Part shown: positions 1 to 10,756 of the stretch, piece by piece
Layout of the letters: each line of letters starts with the position of its first letter
How positions within the stretch are numbered: the stretch's first letter is position 1
DNA from: Octopus sinensis
Lineage: Eukaryota
Assembly: GCF_006345805.1 (NCBI RefSeq)
Contig: NW_021836902.1
Span: 1-22,396 of the forward strand
Length of the DNA: 22,396 nt
Direction of reading: 5' to 3'
The notes under the pieces: generated by a model
Told to the model about the DNA's origin: nothing
Databases searched by the model: none
Seen by the model: only the letters and a program-made list of their open reading frames with translations
Position numbers and translations under genes: made by a program

Positions 1-110
1 GTGTTGTGCTAAAAATGATTATACTTTTTGACGGAACGATATTAATTAAATAATTATGTAATTATATTCTTCAACAAACCCATGGAATTTCCTAGAATAT
101 ATATACACTA

Positions 111-221
111 TTCCAGGTTCAGTCACACTGCGTGGCACCTTAGCCAGGTGTCTTCTATACTATAGCCCCGACCGACCAAAGCCTTGAGTGGATTGTTAGA
201 TGGAAACTGAAAGAAGCCGTC

Positions 222-266
<45 letters not shown>

Positions 267-533
267 TATTATATATATATGGAAGGAGAGATAGATAGAT
301 ACGTATATATATATTTATGTATGTGTGTCTATCTTTGTACCTCTACCCACCCACCGCTTGACAGCGGTGTTTGTGTGTCTCCGTCTGAGTAGCATAGCGG
401 TTCGGCAAAAGGAGATCGATAGAATAAGTACAAGCCTAAGACAAAAAAGGTCCTGACATCGATTTGTTCGACCAAAACACTTCAAGGCGGTGCTCCAGTA
501 TGGCCGCAGTCAAATGACTGCGACAAATAAAAG
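111..533 (+). mobile_element. SINE family A (tRNA head, CORE-like body, internal microsatellite, 3' module), 5'-truncated
   Basis: Begins at a B-box-like ttccaggttcagtc, then cactgcgtggcacctt...gaaactgaaagaagcc, an internal (TG)(TA) run and the 3' module ...gcggtgctccagtatggccgcagtcaaatgactg. Aligns with the copies at 4284 and 11049. Confidence 0.9.
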
Positions 534-990
534 AGTGTCCCGTTCACGTTCGGATAAGACGCCATCAGAAATGAAACCGTCATTTTAAACGAATATTATT
601 TATCGACGAGAAAAATAGAAAAATAGATGTAAAATCGATATTTTATTATTATTTTTTTTTTGTTCCTCCACTGTAATTTCTGTTGATTAAGTAATTGATG
701 AGTTTCTTCCCCGTTGCTATTCTTGAGATCTGCTGTACATGTGTGTCTAGGTATGCCCGTGTGTGTATGTGTATATGGGTATATATGTTAAGTACGCATG
801 TATGTGTGTGTCGTATGCCTTTTTTTTTTTACGTAGGTGTATGTGAGTGTATAAATATGCATGCGTAACATATGCAGAGATACATACATATATACATATA
901 TTCATACTTATATACATGTTTATAGTGTACAAGATATATATGTGTGTGTGTGTGGTGTGTGTACATTTGTACAATAGTACATATATAATA

Positions 991-1021
<31 letters not shown>

Positions 1022-1220
1022 GTATGTATATATATGTACAGGACGTCACCAACAGTAAACAACATGAAATACGAAAACAAATGGAAAACAGGACAAGTAA
1101 CATGAAGTACGACCTTCATCAGTTGTTGGCTGTCTCTCTCTACTTCTCATTTCCATCATGTGTGTGTATGTGTATATGTAATTATATATATATATATATA
1201 TAATATATATATATATATAT

Positions 1221-1395
1221 AGGGAGAATCCCCCCCCCCCAAAAAAAAGACGAAGACAGGTGGTGTACAAAACAAACAGATGTATTAGTATACGCTCGGG
1301 AAGTGAAACGTCTTTAACGTTTCGAGCCTACGCTCTTCCACAGAAAGAATCAAGGAGAGAAAATATAGAACGTGTAGTGGCTAGCGATCTATCAT
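1221..1395 (-). mobile_element. Penelope-like element LTR-type fragment, copy 1
   Basis: Homologous, in inverted orientation, to 3491-3682 and carries a minimal hammerhead-like motif. The Penelope assignment is inferred from the hammerhead architecture. Confidence 0.6.
1311..1348 (-). ncRNA. minimal type I hammerhead-ribozyme-like motif, CUGUGGA variant core
   Basis: Minus strand reads tcttt-CTGTGGA-a-gagc(gtag)gctc-GAA-ACGT-T-aaaga: 5-bp stem I, 4-bp stem II, palindromic ACGU stem III, GUU site. A6 is replaced by U. Confidence 0.5.
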
Positions 1396-1404
1396 ATACA
1401 CACT

Positions 1405-1449
<45 letters not shown>

Positions 1450-1628
1450 CATATATATATGACAGATCGCTTTTTTCTCATTGTGTTCAACGTGTTTTTG
1501 ATGTCCTGTACCCATATATGCAATGTATATACATATAAAGTAGGTATGTGCATATATGTATATATGCATATCCTTACATATTATTTTATTATTATATGAT
1601 CGAATGCCACCATCCTTTTCCAAGTAAG

Positions 1629-1663
<35 letters not shown>

Positions 1664-2096
1664 TAGAGAGATAGATAGGTTGATAGATAGATAGATAGTT
1701 GCGTATATATACATGTATGTATACGAGTGTGTACCATGCACACACACACACATCCACTAGGTGTATATTCTCTATTTTCTAACTCCAAAGCAATATGAGT
1801 GTGTGTTTATTCATAGAAACGTGTGTGTATGTGTGCGTGCGAACACACATTGTATTTATATATATATATATACACACACAGCAGGGCTTTGAAGTATTAT
1901 AAAATATACTACTTTAACAATTGGCACGAGAGCACGAAGAAAACTTAGTAGGGGCCAGGTGTGTGTATATGGTGTACATGTGTGTATATATATATGTGTG
2001 TGTGTGTATGTACGCGCGCGCCGGGGCCGACTGCTTGTCAGCTGCACACCGTCTTACCTTTCTTTCGTTTAAAGATCGGTGGCGGAGGCGAGTATC

Positions 2097-2124
2097 GGGT
2101 GCGGGATGGCGGGTGGGGGTGGGG
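2097..2124 (+). other. G-quadruplex-forming motif in a CpG-rich patch
   Basis: gggtgcgggatggcgggtgggggtgggg has five G>=3 tracts with loops of 1-5 nt. Confidence 0.55.
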
Positions 2125-2317
2125 TGGCAAACGTGTATTGTTATTTTGTGTTGTGTTTCTTCTCCCCCACCCCCACCCTCAGTCCTTCCTTCCCTCTCTC
2201 ACCCTCGCTTCTTCTTCACCTTTTGGTCCCCTTTTTGGTCTGTAGTGGTGGTGGTGATTGTGGTTTTGGGAGCGACGAGGCGCGGTGCGAGAGGTAGGTG
2301 AGATGTTGTTCTTATTG

Positions 2318-2349
<32 letters not shown>

Positions 2350-2393
2350 GGTTGTGGTGACGCTGCTGCTGATGATGGCAAAAGTGATAGTGG

Positions 2394-2424
<31 letters not shown>

Positions 2425-2891
2425 GGTGTTGGTAATGGAGGATTATGTGTGGACATGGCCAGCCCATTCCGCCCGTCAGGTGAGAAGAGGAAAGACCACA
2501 ATTTGCTCTCTCTCTGTAAAGAGTCGGTCACACGCACACACACACACACACACACACTCGCACACGCGCACGCGCATCAAACACAATCGCACACACACGA
2601 AGGAAGGGGGGAGGTGTATAATTATGATTTGTAAAAAAGCAAGGGGTGTTGTCAAATATATTGTTTAGTTGTGGCGTGTGTTTGTTGGAGGGGGGGTGAG
2701 GAAAGGGGGGGGGCATTATTAGCATGTGTGGTAGAGTGATAGGTGGGTGGTGACTGGGTGGATCGGACGACACGAGCGACAGTGATAGTGGACACGTGCC
2801 CCCCTTAACTGACGGTCATCTGGTCAGTTGAAGATACACGCGTTGTGACGGTTAGTCTAATATGTATGTGTGTGTATGTCTTATGTGTGTG

Positions 2892-2951
<60 letters not shown>

Positions 2952-3066
2952 CATACATATATATTATACACACACACGTGTATGAATGTATATAAATGAA
3001 CGTCCCATTATAACTACTGGTTCATACTTTCAGATGTTCAGGCACATTCTCACGTGTGTCTATATA

Positions 3067-3139
<73 letters not shown>

Positions 3140-3156
3140 GTCTGTCTGTCTGTCTG
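3067..3156. repeat. (TATC)n grading into (TCTG)n microsatellite
   Basis: Seen directly. Confidence 0.95.
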
Positions 3157-3490
3157 TGTATCTTTCTATCTATCATTATGTGTGTGTCTATGCATGTAAA
3201 TATATAAGTGTATGCTTATAGACATAAATATGTGTAGATATCTGTCTGAACACGTGCTTTTGTGCGTATGCGCGCGTACGTCTGTGTGATTATGTGTTAC
3301 GGAGCCAACAGGATGCCATCGGATACCACATCCCAGGATATCTATGCAGTAGAAACACGTGTCGGACAGAGATTTAAAGTGCATATATTGTATATGAAAG
3401 TGTAATAAACTAGCTTTATGGATGTAAATTTTCTCCATTCTTATTTTAACGTATTGTGTGTATGTATTATGTATGTGTTTGTAAATATAC

Positions 3491-3682
3491 GCCATGATAG
3501 ATCGTTAGCTCCTACACGCATTTTTTTCTCTCCTTGTTTTTTTATGTCTATCTTTCTGTCGAAGAGCGTAGGCTCGAAACGTAAAAGTCTTTTTCTATTC
3601 CTGAGCGCTATACTAATACATTTGTTTGTTTGTACTTCACCTGCTTCGTCTTTTGTGTTTATTTTCGTAAACTTTCCCTTCA
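3491..3682 (+). mobile_element. Penelope-like element LTR-type fragment, copy 2
   Basis: Reverse complement aligns with 1221-1395, including a 22-bp exact block (3561-3582 vs 1317-1338). Confidence 0.6.
3552..3587 (+). ncRNA. minimal type I hammerhead-ribozyme-like motif, CUGUCGA variant core
   Basis: cttt-CTGTCGA-a-gagc(gtag)gctc-GAA-ACGT-A-aaag: 4-bp stem I, 4-bp stem II, palindromic ACGU stem III, GUA site. A6 is replaced by U. Confidence 0.5.
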
Positions 3683-3778
3683 TATATATATAATATATAT
3701 ATTATATATAATATATATATAATACAATACATACTCACAAAGCAATAATGGGCTTTGCATATTTCTTTATTTGTGCGC

Positions 3779-3903
3779 GGACTCGGAAGATGGTAGTATT
3801 CGTTATGGTCATTCAATCTTTTTTTTCAATCGGTCAGTCGACCGACTGAGTAAACGGAATTTGGAACGCACTTATAATCGGTATCAGAAACAACTGTAAG
3901 TCC
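3779..3903 (+). ncRNA. hammerhead-ribozyme-like motif with long stem II domain (CGGAAGA core)
   Basis: ggact(3779-83)-CGGAAGA-tggta...tatca-GAA-ACAACTGT-A-agtcc(3899-3903): perfect 5-bp stem I, 5-bp stem II base with one G-U, near-palindromic stem III. U4 is replaced by G. Confidence 0.45.
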
Positions 3904-4159
3904 AAGGTGCACGAATGAAGAAATATGTAAATCCCGTTGTTTATGTATTTTCTAGTATATCACTCTGTAAAAAAAAAAAAAACATTTTAATTGGGGAATT
4001 TAACCATGGATTTGCGAAGTCGACAGGTGATGGCCTTCAACTTCAGATCTTGTTTTAGGATTACCTGGAACTTTGTACCGATCTAAAAAAAACCTTGTTA
4101 ACCTGGTATATTTGTATTAGCAGAGAGCTTGAAGAGGTATTTTGCCCGGATTGATAACC

Positions 4160-4277
<118 letters not shown>

Positions 4278-4283
4278 GCATGC

Positions 4284-4633
4284 ACGTAGGGCGTGGGTGT
4301 GTGGTAAGTAGCGTGCTTACCAACCACATGGTTCCGGTTCAGTCCCACTGCCTGGCACCTTGGCCAAGTGTCTTCTACTATAGCCTTGTGAGTGGATCTG
4401 GTAAACGGAAACTGAAAGAAGCCCGTCGTATATATACATATATATATGTGTGTGTTGTGTGTTTTGTCTCCCCAACATTGCTTGACAACCGATGCTGGTA
4501 TGTTTACGTCCCCGTAAGAGACCGATAGAATAGAGAGTACTAGGCTTACGAATAATAAGTCCTGGGCGATTTGTTCGACTAAAGACAGTGCTTAGCATGC
4601 CACAGTCCAACGGACTGAAACAAATGAAAGAAG
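4284..4633 (+). mobile_element. SINE family A, near full length with two internal deletions
   Basis: Head gtgtggtaagtagcgtgcttaccaaccacatggttccggttcagtccc, CORE-like gcaccttggccaagtgtcttc, internal microsatellite and 3' module. Lacks the cgggccgaccaa segment found between two agcct repeats in the 11049 copy. Confidence 0.9.
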
Positions 4634-5175
4634 TAAATGTATGGATATGTATATATATATATATATACTATATATATTATATATATATATATATATAATG
4701 ATGAAAATCGATAAATTCGCCGAAATACATCATCTCGTCCGCCGAAGCCACTTCATAACTCTGAAGTGTCTCTGAAATATCTCTTCGACGATGCCAAATG
4801 TCTTTTGTTGGTTTTTTGGGTGGTAAATTGCAGAAACTCCGTTGTATCTATCTATGTATGCGTTTAGGTGTAACACGAAAACCAAGTATTGAAAGCGTGT
4901 TGGACGATCTGTGAAGTGTTGTGTAATTTTTGGCCATGTAAAGGTAGGGCAATATGTTGAAAGATACCGTTCTTTCTTAGCCTCATGTCTTTCCTTTTTC
5001 ACTTGTTCAAGACAAATTGGTATGATCTCTCTCTATCTGGGACGGGGTTTAGGACATAAACAAAAAGCGGTGTATGTGATACGCTAGAATCCAAACCCAG
5101 AAGCCTTCATTTTGTATTTCCTCTAAAAGTATATGTGTTTAAGAGTACGACTGTGTATTGGGAATTCAGGGTACC

Positions 5176-5364
5176 TTTTACTTTCTTCTTTCGGTCATTG
5201 GACCTCGGCTATGCTGGAACACCGCCATAAAGGGTTTAGTCGAACAAATCGACCCCCAGTATTTATGTTCTTTTTTTTTTAACAGGGTGGTCCTTATGCT
5301 ATCACCCTCTTTTCACGAACGCCTAACTTATGAGAATGTAAACTAACTAATACCGGTTGTCAAG
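5176..5364 (-). mobile_element. SINE family A, 3' module only
   Basis: Reverse complement gives cttgacaaccggta...ggggtcgatttgttcgactaaa...ggcggtgttccagcatag, matching the 3' module of the other copies. Confidence 0.8.
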
Positions 5365-5418
5365 ATTCTGCAGACTTCGCTTCACAATTATAAATTAAGC
5401 ACTCGCATGCATTTGCAT

Positions 5419-5460
<42 letters not shown>

Positions 5461-5467
<7 letters not shown>

Positions 5468-6033
5468 TCCTCGCCACATCGCGGTTTATTATTTAAGCTT
5501 ACGTCGATTCCCCCGTGGTGTTGTTTAGCATTTATGATAAAGAAAATATATACAAATTATAAAGATAATAATAAAACAAGAGCACTCAGCGAGCACAAGC
5601 CTCTGCCAAGGCATCACCAACTCCATCTCAACGATTAGCCGGAGATGATTTTTAAAGTGAGAATATCTGAAATAAACTCGACTGCTCTCGCAAACGAGAA
5701 ATCTTAAAATGAACCCGACCGCCCTCGAAAATTAAGTTTTAAAAAACCGGGAAAATAATCCAGAATCCTTGTCCTGTACCGGTTCGATCCCAAAATTTAA
5801 TCAGTTCGTGCCAGTTACAAAGCCAAGCATCCCCGAAAGTTTCATCCGAATCCATTCAGCGGTTCTTGATATATCTTGTCCATGGACAAACAAATACAAC
5901 TGAAAACAATACTTCTGCCTTCACTGAGGCGGAGGTAAAAATATACAGTACGGTACCGTTTCTACATCGCGGATTATCACCTATCCGGGGGTGGGGGTGG
6001 AACGTAAGATCCGCAACAATCGAGGGATTACTG
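5461..6033. mobile_element. Tigger/pogo-like (Tc1/mariner superfamily) MITE
   Basis: Left end cagtaattcctcgccacatcgcgg. Reverse complement of the right end is cagtaatccctcgattgttgcgg (first 13 nt match 12/13). Flanks are CA and TG rather than TA/TA. Confidence 0.7.
5573..5937. mobile_element. Helentron/HINE-like non-autonomous rolling-circle element nested in the Tigger-like MITE
   Basis: Subterminal cctctgcc at 5600-5607. Terminal 12-bp hairpin tacttctgcctt-cact-gaggcggaggta (5910-5937, three G-T pairs), whose right arm is also inverted relative to the 5600 motif. Short (aaac)-like repeat before the hairpin; inserted in an A run (TT on the other strand). Confidence 0.65.
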
Positions 6034-7340
6034 TGTATGTATGTATGTGTATACACACACACACCGAGATTCGGTAGTGTTGGGTGTTAGTAAAACAAAT
6101 ACCAACGATATACGGAGGTCGATATAATGGATGATGTATCTAAGACCTTTGTACGTAATAACTAAGTAATATTTTCGTGTAGAGTTAAATTCCTCCAGGT
6201 GGGTTGAGTCTAACTTTGTTGTCCCCGATAACAATGTCGGACCAGTTAATCTTCAGTTCAGTTTGGTTGATTGAGAGAGAAGTGAAAGCGAGCGGAGCGA
6301 GGTTAAAAGAAGCACAACTTTATTTTTTTTAATTCGCTCAATATAGATGACAAATTTTTTTTAAAATCTTTATCCCGTGGACAACGTTTGTGTGTGTGTG
6401 TGTGTACTTGTATGCATGTATGTATGTACGAACAAGTTGTGCTTGATATTATGTGTCTCTTTCCTTTTTGTGTATGTGTGTATTGTGGGATATGTTGGAC
6501 AACTTAGTTCGTTCAATAATAATATTAATAATAATAATGATATAAAGAAATAAGAACAACCATCCGCTCGTCTCCACTTCTTACATGTTATAGATATTAT
6601 ATTATATATTATATTATATATATATATATATAATAATATATATATAATATATATATATTTCCATGACTTTTTTTCTCTTCAAATCTTTTTTACTTTATCG
6701 CATCCTTTTTCATTTTATCTCTCACACATTTTACTCTCTCTCACACACACACACACATACAGATTCTTTTCAGTTACATCTTTTTTTTCTTTTTCTCCGA
6801 CATCTCTTTATTTCTTCTGCGATATTTAGTTATTTATATAATTTATACATTTATTTTCCATCTATATTTTTTTCTATTATTCTACATCGTTTTTTATTTA
6901 TTTATTATTTAATTTTTTTTTTGCCGTTCGTTCATTCATTTATTTATTTATTTATTTTCTTTCAAACATTTCTTTTCACAGCCTTTATTTTTTTTCTTCG
7001 TCTTCTTCTTGGTTACATATTTTTCCGCAAATTTTTTATTATTATTTTTTTTTTACCTCTCATTTCTTTTAACATCTCATATCTGTTCGTCGTCGTATTT
7101 TTTTATTCCTGTTTTTTTTTTACTATTTTTTTATCTCTATATCTGTCGTTTTCTCTCTTTTCCTCCTCCTCCTCCTCCTTCCCCACCACCTTTCTTTTAT
7201 TATCCAATGCATTTTTTTTCTTATTCGTTTCTTTTTCTTTTTTCCCTCTGTCCCCGACACATTCACTCTAATACACATACAATATTTATTACATGCATTC
7301 AAAGATACACACACAGACACCAGACACACACACACACACA

Positions 7341-7343
7341 CTT

Positions 7344-7418
<75 letters not shown>

Positions 7419-7434
7419 CATATAATATATATAC

Positions 7435-7465
<31 letters not shown>

Positions 7466-7520
7466 CATATATATATATATTCTATCATATATATAATATA
7501 CATATTAATTATATATATAC

Positions 7521-7553
<33 letters not shown>

Positions 7554-7698
7554 GTATATATATCATATATATTTATATATATATATATATATCATAATAT
7601 TATATATATCTATATATATATCAATATATATTTATATATATCTATATATATACATATATATTTATATATATATATATATATATACATATATATTTATA

Positions 7699-7731
<33 letters not shown>
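7341..7731. repeat. long interrupted (TA)n array
   Basis: Seen directly. Confidence 0.95.
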
Positions 7732-7739
<8 letters not shown>

Positions 7740-7919
7740 CTATTGTTTCTCCGTTACCCCAACGATTCGTAACATCCCCGCGATCACATCACCATCGCCG
7801 CCATCACAGTTAACGCTACCCACGTCGCCTTCCTCCGGTTCTTATTTGTTTATTGTTTTTTTTTTTTACTCTGATTTTTTTTTTTGTTCAAACCTTATGT
7901 ATCGATCTCTCGACTCCTG

Positions 7920-8683
7920 TGACTTTCTCTCTCTCTCACTCTCTCTCACTCTCTCTCTTTCTAAATTATTTCTTTCCTTCCTTTTTCCTGTGTGTCTCCG
8001 CTGTCAATTCCTTCCGTTGTCTGCATGTCTGTCTGTCTCTCTCTCTCTCTCACTGTTCCTCTCTCTGTCTCTGTTCCTCTCTCTCTCTCTCTCTCTCTTT
8101 ATATCTTTACTCCCAGTGTCACCACCACCACCACCACCACCACCACCTATTTCATACGAAGAAGCCTCTTGTTGTTTATTTCCCTTTCTTTGTATAAAAC
8201 TATGAGGGGACGTGATTGAGAGAGAAAGGACGAACAATCCCTCTGTCACCACTAACACCGCCATCTTTAACGTCATTATCGAATCTCTAAGACTGATTAA
8301 AACACCTTCTCTCTCTCTCCCCTTCTCTCTTTCGCCCCTCCTCTCAATCTGTCTAATACACTTTTACTCTATCTTCCTCTCTATTTCACTACCCCTCCCT
8401 TTATGTTTTTACTTTTAGATCATCCAGCATTCTCTCTTTTTTGCTGTCTTTTTCCCTATCCCCCCTCTCTCTCTCTCAACATCTCTCTCTTCACCTATTT
8501 CTCCTACACGTTCTTTCTTTCTTTCTTTCCTCTCTCCTATCTTTTTCACTTAAATCTCTCTCTTTGACTCTATAGTGTACTCTCTGTCTGTCTGTCTCTC
8601 TCTCTCTCATAATTTATCACTTTCTCCTTCGCTCGTCTCTCTCTCTCTCTCTCTCTCATAATTTATCACTTTCTCCTTTGCTC

Positions 8684-8724
<41 letters not shown>

Positions 8725-9165
8725 TTTCTCACTTTCTCCTTCGCTCCTCTCTCTCCCTCTCTCTCTCTCTCTTCCATAATTTCTATTCTTCCTCCTCCTT
8801 CCTTCGCTCCTCGTCTCTCTTCTCTCTATTTTAAAACTTCCCCACTTTTTTCCTTCTCGCCTTCCTCTCTCCCTCATCTGTCGTTCCTCCCTCTCTTCTC
8901 CTCTCTCTTTCTTTCATTCCTTTCCGCCTAAACCCCCCCCACTTCTCTCCATCCTCTCACATCTCTCATCTCAATTTCTCTCTCTCTCTCTCTCTCTCTC
9001 CTTCACTCTCAATCTCTTTTCTCCTCTCAATCTCTCCTCCATCCTCTATCTCACTCTCTCCACGTCTTCTCTCTCTCTCTCTCTACATCTCCTCTCCTCT
9101 CCCTCTCACAAACTCTCTCATCTCTCCTCTCTCTCATCCTCTTCTCTTCCACACATTTTGTTTCT

Positions 9166-9197
<32 letters not shown>

Positions 9198-9290
9198 ACA
9201 CACTTTCACTCTCTCACACATTGTCTCCCTTCTCTTTCTAAACTCTCCAACTTTTTTACCTCCACCTTTTCCTTCCTCCTTTCCCTCTCC
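7920..9290 (+). repeat. kilobase-scale polypyrimidine, (CT)n-rich tract
   Basis: The plus strand is strongly C/T-rich with many (CT)n runs. Confidence 0.9.
8608..8815 (+). repeat. minisatellite: 29-bp core with variable (CT)n spacers
   Basis: Core cataatttatcactttctccttcgctcgt at 8608, 8657 and 8720, with a degenerate copy at 8775. Confidence 0.9.
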
Positions 9291-9425
9291 TCACAAAAAA
9301 ACATTCTCACCTTTCGCCATTTCATCACATTTATCTGTTATTGTTGTTGCTTGTTTTTACACCAAACAGGATGTTTTTTTCCCTCTTTACTCCGAGTATA
9401 AAGTGAAGTGTTATGTGTTGTATAT

Positions 9426-9478
<53 letters not shown>

Positions 9479-9768
9479 GTGTCTATCCTGGAAACTATAC
9501 CTTTGTGTGTCTGTGTGTGTGTGTGTGTCTGCGTTTGTGTTTTAAGTATTTTTCCTCAGGAAATACCATCCTGCGAGTGTGTGTGTGTGTGTTGTGTGTG
9601 TGCAGTTTGAGAAGGTGACTTGACAAGTGTGTGCGATATGAGGAAAGTGTATGATGACATTGGTGGTGGTGCTGCTGCTGGTGGTGGTGATGATGATGAT
9701 GATGATGATGGGCGAAATATGTGTTTTAATGTCTTTCCTGAGGAAACACCTCAGTGTGTACGTGTCTC

Positions 9769-9805
<37 letters not shown>

Positions 9806-10003
9806 ACGTGTGTTCTGAAGCACTTGTGTATGTGTGTGTGTGTGTGTTGTTTTGTGAAGTGTCAATGTGTGTGTCAGGTGACACTTCCTAACACCCTCTG
9901 CACGCGCGTGTATGTGTGTGTGTGTGTGTGTTATGAATTTAACGTTAAAGCCTTCTCCGCCCATTCCCCTCGGGTTGTTCCCATTCTTTTAATTCGAATC
10001 GCG

Positions 10004-10053
<50 letters not shown>

Positions 10054-10078
10054 AAGGTATAGTTTCCAGGATAGACAC
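9479..10078. repeat. 32-bp perfect inverted repeat embedded in (TG)n/(CA)n arms
   Basis: gtgtctatcctggaaactatacctttgtgtgt (9479-9510) is the exact reverse complement of 10047-10078. Confidence 0.95.
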
Positions 10079-10141
10079 TAAAACACACACACACATACAT
10101 ACACGCATGTACTTACAAAACACGCACAATCGCACACTAAT

Positions 10142-10173
<32 letters not shown>

Positions 10174-10756
10174 TGATAAGCGTGCACACATGTATGAACA
10201 CATCTGTTCATACATAGATGTGTATACATTGATTTTACACTTGTAACCATCATCTACATACTTGTAAAATATATACACACACACGCACACACATACACGC
10301 ACCTGTACATATGCAAGCCATATGCTTACACATAACATGTACCATGGCACACGCATAGACCTGTGCACGCGCGTAAACGCAATACACACACAAAGGTTTC
10401 GTACACACACACATATATACACATACATACACAAAACGCACACCGCGCGGGTGTCTACATGCATATGCACACCGTACGAACACACATGACCCCCAAGATG
10501 AGTGCAGGAGTGGATGCTAAAGGGTGTAGAAACGATCATAGCGGGGAGATTATGAAGGAGGAAGGGGAACGGTGAGACGGGAGTCAGGTATCTTAATTGA
10601 ACTGTCTCCTCCTCCTATTCCTCCTTATACACAAGGATCACTACCTTGCCCTTCCCCCTTGCCTATTTGCCACCATCTCTTATCCTCCCTTCTTCTCTCT
10701 CTCTCTCGCCTACCACCTATCTACACAAGAAAAAAAAGGAGCTTCTGTTGTACCAC

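Noticed and set aside
1116-1122. CTGATGA cores on the minus strand here, at 10997-11003 and near 16655
   Set aside because: No properly placed downstream GAAA/NUH. The last one lies inside a decayed SINE A.
2199-2555. Pro/Ser/Thr-rich minus-strand ORF
   Set aside because: Derived from (GGT)n/(GAT)n/(GTT)n repeats, with no homology recognised.
4700-5150. Higher-complexity segment with a 90-aa minus-strand ORF
   Set aside because: I translated several frames and recognised no transposase, RT or cellular domain. A tblastx or blastx search would be needed.
6187-6330. Minus-strand reading ...ELKINWSDIVIGDNKVRLNPPGGI*
   Set aside because: Faintly resembles the start of a kinase domain but has no GxGxxG, stops immediately, and has a weak acceptor.
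8608-8815. CRISPR-like repeat-spacer pattern
   Set aside because: The spacers are (CT)n, the context is eukaryotic, and there are no cas genes.
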